This document shows, piece by piece, positions 53,445 to 64,000 of a stretch of DNA of 64,000 nt; position 1 is the first letter of the stretch; the number at the start of each line of letters is the position of its first letter. The DNA comes from Bigelowiella natans CCMP2755 (Eukaryota; Protista; Cercozoa), in assembly GCA_000320545.1 (NCBI GenBank), contig ADNK01001725.1, forward strand, positions 62,001-126,000. The letters run 5' to 3'. The position numbers and the translations under genes are program-made. The notes under the pieces are model-generated. The model made no database searches. It was given only the letters and a program-made list of their open reading frames with translations, and was not told where the DNA came from.

Positions 53445-54365
53445 AGGTGGTTATTATCATGAAATCGTCGTTCATGAGTGCTGCTGAAACAACCAACAAG
53501 TGAATATCTGACAGTAGAACAAATAAGTAAGGAAGAAGAAAGGTGATGTTTATCAGATATCAGACCATGAGAAGATGAGGTAGTACATCGTGGCGGGAAA
53601 TTAATTTGAGAGAAAGTACACACCAAGGACATCATAAAGTGTTTTTGTCTTTATTCTATAAAGTAGTGACAAATGCTGTCTCGAATATTTAGCCAACAAA
53701 TGTTCCAAGAATATGATGATATTGTGTCCACTACTAAGTGTATATTGGCAGTAACTCGCGTGCATATATGGTATAGTGCCAATTTATTCGTGCGAAGTCT
53801 AATTATGAGTACTCATCATGCGTATCATGATAAGTAGATATAGACCGACACCACACGACATATGACGCATGACTGCTACATCCACGTACTACACTTGCAT
53901 CCTGCTGCATATACAGTATGCTGCATTATGAAGGGCATATACTCCCGTCTAATAAGTGCGAGTAATATAGTAATGTGGCAGAGTAGAGGAATGCTTACGT
54001 ATACATACTATACGGCTCTGGAATGAGCGTTATTGATTAGTGCCCTTTGACATGCAAGCTGCTTACTAGTGATTTACATGCGTATCATGCATGTATATGT
54101 GTGTGCGCAGCATCATCATTATCCGATGACATGAGCAGCTGTTGTTAATTAAGATTGGAACAAACACTTCTAGACTTTCAAACTAGTCGTCTAGATGAAA
54201 GAGTAGAGCATAGAGTAAGATATCTACGTACTTCTGCTTCAATCAGTACGCACAATGTCAATTATAACCAAAAGGAAATCAAAAGGGACATGAAGAATTA
54301 GCTAAGGATAGATCTGGTCAATATACTGCATGCTTATCCGCCCTCTGGTAGAGACGATGCATCCA

Positions 54366-55730
54366 TCATAAGAGAGCTTGCAGCTGTTTATCTAATGTTT
54401 GAATGGCTATTTGTAGTGTATTTATATGTTGTGTTGCGAGGCGATTCATGGCCTCTTTCAGCGTAGCTTGCTCCTCTGAACAATCTGAGCGACGTTCAAA
54501 TTAGTAATAAGAGATGATATCCATGATGATGATGATGATGATGGCACACTGAAGTGAATGAATCATGAGTAATCAAGTAATACTTTCCTAGGAATAGTAG
54601 CACATCGGCATCATCATCGTATCATCATCATCGTCATCATCTAAACCTCCAGTTGCTGTATCATCATCATCATCAGAAGCAGCAGCAGCAGGATCCCTCT
54701 CATCGATCAAGTTCTGAGTTGGTAGTGGTATACAGTATGCCAACAGTGACAACAACAACAACAATAATATCAAAGAGCTCAATTCATAACAATAATACAC
54801 GACTCAGAGGACAACGGAAGGTAGTAAACGACAGATTTAAACTGTAAGGCTCTCGATCTTGTTGCGTGTTAAGTTCTCTTCGATGTGCTGCTTTGCTTTA
54901 ATAATACTATGTAAAGGCAACATGTGTTGGTTCCCCATCACGGATTCAATTGCATCTTATTAGATAAATAAATCAATATACTATTACTAGTATGTAATTA
55001 TGACTTGTTGATACTACCTCCACTAAAGATACCAAGTATCCTTTGAGAGCTTCTAGCGTCTGGCTCTCAGAAGGAATTTTCAACTTTTGTATTGTGTACG
55101 ACTTCTCCTCCTCCACCATGTTATTGCTATTATCACTATTCGTTGTAGTTTTTGTCGCCGTGTTGTAATATTGTGCATCTTCATATTGATGCCATGGTAT
55201 TATACTACCAGCCTCGTTGTTGCATATATCACTAACAAGAGATGCTGCAAGGGTTAGCCCCTTAGTAGTGGAAGAAAGGGAATGATTAGTTGGGAGGAGG
55301 GAAGAAGATTGAGATGTTGATGTTGAAGAGGGTGGTAGCAGTCTCTTCAAAGAGAAGAATTCGTCTGGTAGCATACATATTCGAATAAAGTCCACCTGTA
55401 GCAGCAGCAGCAGCAGCAGCATTGAGTCAGTGAGTCAGTGGAAGGGGAGGAGGAGGAGGAGGAGGAGGAGGACGGATTAGGGTCAGTGCACTTAGTAGTT
55501 GGTGGTGAAAAATGATGATGACAGGTAAAGCTAGTATCGTGTACTATTATACAGCTGTTGCTTCTAGGAAAATGAAAGAATAATATACATATATTAATAC
55601 GCATGTATGATGTGTGATTGCGAGACAACACTGCTGCTGCTACTACTATGTGATTATGGTTGTAAGATAAACTGCTGATTCTACAACTGCTACTACTCTG
55701 GTTGTAATAATGCTGCTACTGCTACTACTG

Positions 55731-55761
<31 letters not shown>

Positions 55762-56068
55762 AACTACTACCAAGCGCCGTGAATAAGGGTTGTGAATAGG
55801 TCTATTATTGTGTAATGATCGCAACAACAACAACAACAATAAATGTTAATATGTATCTGCAGTAGGTTAATAATTACTAATGATAATATATTTACAAAAA
55901 GGTAAATTACCAACTTCTCCTACTTCTGCTACTTCTGCTGCTGCTGCTGCTGCTGCTACTACTACTACTACCACTACTACTACTACTATTACTACCTGAG
56001 AAGATGCACTTCCGAGTCTCCCAATGTTCTGATGTGCTCCTCTATCACCCTTTTAGCCATTCATTTCA

Positions 56069-56100
<32 letters not shown>

Positions 56101-57682
56101 TCAAACAGCAGCAGATAATGTGTCATTATGATCGATCGTTGGCTAGAACATGTATAGCTAAATCCTACACCAATATCACTTATTGACCATCATCGGCATC
56201 ATCATCGTCGTCGTTGTCACCATTTGCTAAAATCGATTTTACTACTATCATTATACCAGAATACATTGATGATAATAATGACAATAATACCTTTTCTTCA
56301 ATGGGTGTAGCAAATGATGTTGGTCGCGTATTACTCTTTCCGTTTCCTCTTTCTCATCATCCTCCTCCTCATCTTGAGCACTATTTCTACTACTAGTACT
56401 GCAGTGTTGGTCAATCACATATGCTTCTAATGCACGTGCGGTTATCTCAACAAAATCAGCCTCATACTTGTCAATAACGGTGTCATGGAGGAATATCATT
56501 CGAGAATTATCAAATGTTCTTGTGATGAATTGATGGGGAGGGGGGTAAGTTGCTTCTCCGTCACTACTCTTGGTTTGTGTTGAGGAGGAGGAGGAGGAGG
56601 AGGAGGAGGCAGAAGAACAACGAATAGACCTCCAATCTGCAACGACACACAATAAAGAAATGAAGAAGGAAAGTAGTTTCATAAATAGAAGGGATTTGCC
56701 ATAAAATGTTTTCAGATACTCGTGCAAGTAATTTGTTCTATTGATTACATTAATAGTGATGAGCTCGTAAGTGAAATGTTATAAAAAATAGATAATAATA
56801 ATAATTATTATAATCGTAATAACATATCATTAGATATATTATCAGCATTATGATAGTGTGTTGCTATCCCCCCCTCCCCATTATTATAGTAGAATCACCT
56901 TTTGCATCTATGTTAGCCCTTAGCTTAAGGACTCGCATTGGCTTTTCTGGTACTGCGAAATTATAATCGTCATCATGATTACCAGTTGTTGTATTCTTTT
57001 CATCATTACTATTACTATTATGATGATGATGATGATGATGATGATGATCCTCCTCATCTTGGCTTGCTCTCTTTGTCTTTCTGATATTTTTCCTTCTTTT
57101 TCCTGCCCCCCCATTTTTATTGTTGAGCATTTGCCATCCTCCTTTTTGCAGTTCAGAGGGACGTGCAACCCAATCTCCCACCCATTCAAATGCTACATTA
57201 TCTATCACGGGATGCAAAGGCATCATACACAGCTTTTCGTATGTGCCATACTCTCCAATGTCTAGACAGCCCCATGATGACGACGATGATGATGATGATG
57301 ATTGCCATTCAAAAGCAGGAGAAGGAGGAAGAGGAGGATGAGGAGAAGAAGAAGAAGAAGAAGATGATGATTAGAATGATGCGAATAATAATGTTCAGAT
57401 TTCCTCCTCCTCCTCCTCCTCCAGCTGATGGATTTACACTACTCACGATGACAACTATTCATGTGATTTTCCTCTTATTTAAGTTATTGTTGGTGGGTAC
57501 TTGCTGTTGTATTGGTTCCCGTTGTTATATTAGGAGGAGGGGGGGGCATGGCGGGTAGCGTGAGAGAGAATCGTTCCATCATCTAATAATTGAGAATGTG
57601 ATTTTATCGTGAAGACTACTTGTATAATTGATGTTGACAACAATCCATATCATTTGTGTGCTCTGTCGTTGTCTTTATCGTT

Positions 57683-57715
<33 letters not shown>

Positions 57716-58322
57716 GTCTTCACATCTTCATTATCACTCACTTGATGTGCCCACACAAAGGCCTTCAACGTGAAAGAATAGGCTGGAAATGCTTGTGGAA
57801 AGTTCTGATAGAATTATTAAGCATTCGTCTTCTTATATGTTGTTAATATTATTTTGCAGCAAACACAATATAACTGCCATAGGTATTTACTACACGAAAC
57901 AATAAAATAAGGAATCATGACGATAATAGCGATAATGATGACTCAAGTTATTAAATATAATGAAATAATTAAAACGACGAAGAGAAAATGAGTGCTACAA
58001 TTGCTATTGTTACTACTATTACTATTACTATTACTACTACAGCGATTACAAGCAAAGAAATTGGATTAAGAGACGTTAATAATAGTAGTGGTAAGCAACA
58101 GTGTATTATTAGTATTATTATCGTGCTATCGAAGGAGGCATTTCCTTTCTCATCTATAAGCTCACACATGATTAGTGGTAGTAGTAGCACCAAAACCAAA
58201 GAACAAATAATGTAGCGTTCTTCTTGTTGTTGTTGTTGTTTAATTACCAAAGTCAATGCTGGGAATAGGATGTTGTAGTTTTCAACTAAAGGCTCGTAGA
58301 TCTACATCCGTATGTAAGAAAT

Positions 58323-58362
<40 letters not shown>

Positions 58363-58467
58363 GATAATACAGCGGGAAAAACTACTGAGAAAGCTGTCTT
58401 TTACCAATATTTAAGTGTGTGCTTGTCTTTAGATAAATGCTTGACTATAGGCATCATCATCATCACC

Positions 58468-58498
<31 letters not shown>

Positions 58499-58700
58499 GT
58501 ATCCATCGTAGCTATCGTCGTTACTTCCTCTTATTACTATTTAAGAGTACCTCTTGAAACGAAGCAAGCGCTGTTAATGGAATCATATCTTGCAATGTTG
58601 TGTTGGTGATCAGAAGAGACAATAACGAATCTTCCCGGGGAGAACGTGGTAACGTCTTCAGTAATGGCCACCATTTTGACTTATATCCCTTTTTATTATC

Positions 58701-58731
<31 letters not shown>

Positions 58732-58964
58732 TTTCATCATTAGGAAGTTGTAGTATGTATTTATATATGTATTTATCATCCTGATTGCGAGCATTATCAT
58801 CATTATCACCATCGTTATCACCACCATCAATGTATCGATAGGAGAAGGAGAGGGTGCCTCTATACAACATAATATTGCTTTTCCTTACATGAGTAATCTT
58901 CCTTATCATTCTGATTTTACTACGTACGCTCTGGATTCTGCTTATTCACTACTTTCCACTACTT

Positions 58965-58997
<33 letters not shown>

Positions 58998-59261
58998 TTG
59001 AACCAATACTTTCGAGTATTCGTCGATAAGATGCAGCATAAGATAACACCGAGGATTTGCTTCTTTCATGATCTGCCTCCCTTTGTAGCTGCTTAAAGCC
59101 GTACCTTTTAGATTTTATTGCCTTCCATTATCACCATATATTATTCTTATGATCTAAATTCATGCTACTGCTGCTGCTGCTACTACTTGGGATAATGATC
59201 ATCATATTGTAGCAGCTGCTACGGAATAGTAGTAGTAGTAGCTATCATGCTAATACTACTG

Positions 59262-59296
<35 letters not shown>

Positions 59297-60055
59297 CCTA
59301 CCGAATTCCCCAAGATCAAGAGATGCCGTGTCTTAATGAAAGCAAGAACACCCATAATATCCAATTAATCACAAAATAAGAATAAAAATAATAATGATTT
59401 TAGAACAATGCAGTGTGATTGCCTCGAGTGCGTATCTTCTTTTCCTCTTTATTTTTGTTTTTGTTTTTTCCCTCTTTGTTTTTGTTTTTGTTTTTGTTCT
59501 TGATTCTACTGTGCGGTCCACTCATCAAAGTCGTAGTAGAGGTATGGGTGCTAGTAGTGGTAGTAGTAGTAGTGGTAGTAGAGGTATGAGTGCTAGTAGT
59601 AGTAACTTACGATCTCCAATCAACGCCTCTGCTGGTAATTCCGCCATTATGTCTCCTGCTTTCCAGTCGTCACCATGATATCCTTGATAGCGTTGCAGTA
59701 GTTAGCAGTATTAACAGTTAATATGATGATGTACATATAACAGCATTATTTGAATTGGGTTCTTCATATCTTAAAAGAAAAAACAAAATCTCTCTGTGTG
59801 TAATAATATATGTAAGAGTACCTCCTAAGTTGACATCTCCATTGGAAGCAGAGTCGTTGCTGCGGGTACAATTTCCTTCAAGAAATATCCTTTGTAGCGG
59901 TTGATCTTTGCACGCCATCATGCTTTCTGCGGATATATAAGAGAGAGTCATCATCATCATATGTATCATCATCGGATGGAGAAAATAAGATGCTATATCT
60001 ATCGACGTTTGTTGGCACGGTGTGTGTATGTGTGCGTTCTGGAGAAAGAGAGAGC

Positions 60056-60100
<45 letters not shown>

Positions 60101-61089
60101 CAACAAGCTAATGCTGCTGCAACCACCACCACCACCACCAACTATGTAATGTCAGACTCACCGTTAGGGATCATGTATGCTCTTGCCTGTTTTGCTGCAT
60201 TGACACTTTGATGGTGTTTGTTGAACAAAGGAGGAGGAGGAGGAGGAGGAGGGACATTGTCGCTGTTTTCATTCATCCCACCCATCTCGTGGTTATTCCT
60301 TGTTTCTGCGAGATCTGTGTTGTTCTTGTTGTTCTTCTTCTTGTTGTTGTTTTCCATAGTAGATGAGAAAAGATTAAGCTCATCGTCATCATTGTGCATT
60401 ATCCTCCTCTCCATAGTTGTAGCATCATCAAAGAATAAGCTTGGATTCACCTATAAACATAATAGTAGCAAGCTACATGTATGATTGCAATAGTGCTGAT
60501 GATGCTGCTGTTGATTATGACGATGATAATGAGCATAGTAGTAGTAGTAGTGATAGTATTGGTATCAGTACTAGTACCTTGCCTCCATTCAATATGATCC
60601 ATGAGCCATAGCTCTGTCAATCCAACTCATTATTAAGAGTATGTATTATTATATATTACTTATTTTGCGAATTGTAGTAGTTGTAGTAGTTGTAGTACAA
60701 GGTATCAACCCATAATTTATGCATTTATGTTTGTGCGTGTAATCATCACACATCACTTCCTTCAACTATCTTCTCATTAAAATAATTATCTCAAAATCAC
60801 CAGCAGCAGTCTGCCTCTCTTGACATAAAGAGGAGGAGGATCAATATTTTGCACATAACACAACGATCATCACGGTGGCATCATCATCATCATCATTGAA
60901 TCGATGAATCATCCAATTTTTCACATACCTGCAAGGAGCCTGCTTGTGGTCCAGAAATATCTTCAAAGTTTGACCATTTCTACCAGCAACAACAAGTGAT
61001 GAATGACAACAATGGAAAACAACAGTTGAGAAGAAGGTAGTAGTAGTGGTAGTAGTAGTGGTAGTAGTGGTAGTAGTAGTAGTAGAAGT

Positions 61090-61131
<42 letters not shown>

Positions 61132-62263
61132 AAAAAAAGACATGCACAGATAGGTTCTTCTTAATATGATTGTATCGATATGCTGATATGTGATGTTGTC
61201 TACGACAGTAGAAGAAGAAGAAGTAGTAGTAGTAGTAGTAGTTGATTGTTGTTGTTGCTGTAGTAGTCGTTGCACTAAAAGTAGTATACCGGTGGGGGGG
61301 GTAGGCTCGGTGAATCATCATCCTCACGCTTTTTCTTCTTCATCTTCTTCTTTGTTGCGGCAGTAGCAGCCGCAGCATTATCATCTCTCCCAGATCCACC
61401 ATCATCATCACCACCAACATCAATAACAGTATTCTTCTTATTTGTAGTAAATACCGCATCCTCCTTTCCCCCCTCCTCCTCTTCCTTCTCACTGTTGGAA
61501 GATTCTTCTTCAGCGTCATTATTTTTATAATGTGATAGAGAAGGCGGCGGAGGACGTGTCTTATATAGCTGCTGCTGCTGCTATAGTGGAGAGTACGATG
61601 ATGAAGATGGCGACGATCCAGAAACAGGAAAGAAATTAAGAGGGGGTTGGGAGAAGTAGATAATAAGTGTTGGTTTGTTGTTGGTGGTGGTGGTGATGGT
61701 AGATGTTGTTGGAACCTCTAGAACATCATCATCATCATCATCATCATCATCATTACTAATATAACACATCCTTGTAGTACAGCAGCAGCAAATATTAAAT
61801 ACACGCACCTTCTTCTTATCTCTTCCACTAGCCATTGTACTTCTCCATATTTGTTGTTTTGAAATGCGGTTAAGATGTTTTTTTAGCAGCCTCAAGGATA
61901 CATTGTGCAGACACTCCTACATACAACACAAAGTAAGCATAAGTACCAGCAGTAGCAGCAAAACGATGACCAATGTATCATGAGATAAATAGTATATATT
62001 AATAACATACAGTCAGCCATTCAACATACACCTAACTCACACTCACTAACCATGGCTGCTTTCTTACTCGATCTGAGAATTTTCAATTTACCTATATTGT
62101 TGTTGTTGTTGTTGTTGTTCCACAGATGAGATTAGCAAGGCAGACAAGTACAAACCAGAAGTCATGAGAAAATAAACAATAATAAACACATCGACCAATA
62201 ACATAATGTTGGACAATATGATGCCTTGCTGCCTCCTTCAGCATTCTTATAATTTGGGTATAT

Positions 62264-62294
<31 letters not shown>

Positions 62295-63097
62295 TAGCGT
62301 GTATGGTATGTAAGTGAATCCTCCTCCTCCCTATTATCACCGTATAGTGCTGATATTAGTGAAATGTCAACATGATTACTAAATGCTGGAAATATTCTTA
62401 TCTTTATTGTTCTCAAACACCACCTTTCAAGTACGTTTTTGCTAGATGGAAAAACGGCTGAAGTTCTTCCTCTTCTTCTTGTTGTTGTTGTTGTTGTTGC
62501 ATCATCTCATTATTCGCAGATACTGATGATATGTTGTCTTTGTTGTTGATATTTCCACGATTTAGGTCATGTTCTTCTTCATCGTCATCGAGTATAGCTG
62601 CACGCATTGTTGGATCCATATAATGGTAAAAACGCCATTCTGACAGGCAAATCGCCTTTATCATCCTGCTCATGCCCATTACCTAATTTCATTATTATCA
62701 TCATTCATCCTTTGTTATAAATTAGTAGTAAGTAATACACGTGGTCCTGCTGACGATGACGACGACAATGAACAACGACACTATTTATCACACTTGAAGA
62801 ACATGAAAGAAAAAGAAGAAGAATATAGGGTGGTTGGTGCAGCATCACCATCATCATCATCATCGATTGATTGATTTTAAGTTATTGGACAGTACCTTCA
62901 AAGTGTCGTTGACATAGTTGATGGTGTGATGATGATGATGATGTGGATCATCATCATCATCATCATTATTAACACCAACATCAACATCGTGTTGGTGATG
63001 AGAGATAGAAAGAGGAATCTCAGGTTGTAGTGACATCAAATCATGATCTAGAAAGTACTCGTAAGGTGCTGGCCTACTCATTGCCTTTTGGATGATT

Positions 63098-63138
<41 letters not shown>

Positions 63139-63194
63139 ATTCGATTAACATCTTACTCCTTAACCATTAAAATCATATAATTAAAGAGGAATAT

Positions 63195-63233
<39 letters not shown>

Positions 63234-63556
63234 CATGTACATACCATGAATGCATAGATATTGCTGCGGAGAAGGCGTTCTGAGTTGAATGATGGTGATG
63301 ATGACGATGCCTTTAAAACAAAGAGGCCTCCCTTGACCTCGTTGCGTCTTAAACGATCAAGTGCGTGTACAGTGGCGGGGGGGGAAGATGATGCCGAAAC
63401 CTAAGCAGCAGCGATGCCATCATCAATCTAGTATTATTATCATCATTTTTCTTCTTCTCCTTCTTCTTCGTCTTTTTACCGGAAGGAAATGCTCATCGTA
63501 TGCGTTGTCTTCGATTACAAAGCTATTATTACATTGTATGAGGAAGGTAGGAATAA

Positions 63557-63593
<37 letters not shown>

Positions 63594-64000
63594 GGATATC
63601 ATAAGAAAAAAAGTGCTTGATGTCTAATGTTGAGCACATTATTTATTTCTACTTCTTCTTCTTCTTTTCTTCTTTATCACCATCATTATCATCGCCACCA
63701 CCACCATCTTCTTCTTCTCCTTCTTCTTCTTCTTCTCTACCCATAAGCATTGAGCAAGTTATCGTTGGCCTTTTGGCCATAGTTGTTGGATACTTCTTCT
63801 CCCTGAAAGAAAGAAAGAAAGAAAGAGAGCGAAAAACAATATAATCGCAATTGATGATGAATATTAAATCTACTTCACTTTGTGCATATTGCTGATTGAT
63901 TAATGGACGAGTCGATAGATATGATAACTAATACATCACTAATTATAGCACCATTATTATTACCGCTTTGATATCTTCATGTGCTATATAGCTCATCTTA
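54366..64000 (-). CDS. SET-domain protein of the Rubisco LSMT/SETD3-like class with a second, degenerate SET-LSMT module; 5' part lies outside the window
   Basis: The right end reads YIAHEDIKA|GEEVSNNYGQKANDNLLNAYG|FVIEDNAYD (SET C-terminal motif, 64000-63480). Second module: WKAGDIMAELPAEALIG, SKWWPLLKTLPR, FTLKAFVWAHQ, LKLRANIDAKGDSTIIMG, EYLKTFYG, VDFIRICML and SESQTLEALKGYL. Stop 54366-54368. Confidence 0.75.

Noticed and set aside
16893-63136. Dinucleotide repeats clustering at about 30-40 nt length
   Set aside because: This could reflect assembly collapse of longer repeats and cannot be judged without reads.
2135-63844. Hundreds of short ORFs with poly-L/I/M/H/V, RERE, CVCV or YIYI runs
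   Set aside because: They are translations of intronic microsatellites or antisense frames of low-complexity exons.
1-64000. tRNA/rRNA genes, autonomous transposons, alternative genetic code
   Set aside because: None recognised. The well-supported genes assemble with the standard code and GT-AG introns.

Overview
Intron-dense, microsatellite-saturated eukaryotic nuclear DNA. Most six-frame ORFs are intronic repeat noise, so I assembled the genes by hand from GT-AG exons. About 11 genes lie mostly in alternating convergent/divergent orientation: a GT25 glycosyltransferase (+), an N-terminal MLLE plus 2xRRM protein (-), a protease-less FtsH-like AAA ATPase with a bipartite leader (+), a low-complexity protein (-), a class I glutamine amidotransferase with a mitochondrial-type presequence (-), phytoene synthase (+), a large low-complexity protein with a Cys-rich tail (-), an intronless HSP20 (+), an unknown gene (-), an EF-hand protein (+) and a tandem SET/LSMT-like protein that runs off the right end (-). 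There is also a RING/TPR fragment (+). A green-lineage-like PSY with a signal peptide plus transit peptide suggests an alga with a secondary green plastid, plausibly a chlorarachniophyte (inference). The most striking signal is non-coding. Intergenic islands rich in short palindromes (CTAG/CATG/TGCA) recur every ~5-12 kb, mostly downstream of gene 3' ends. Several are flanked by zones almost or completely lacking TpA (zero in 687 bp at 514-1200). A 22-nt direct repeat straddling that boundary differs only at TpA versus CpA/TpG, pointing to a localised TpA-directed base-modification or mutation system.
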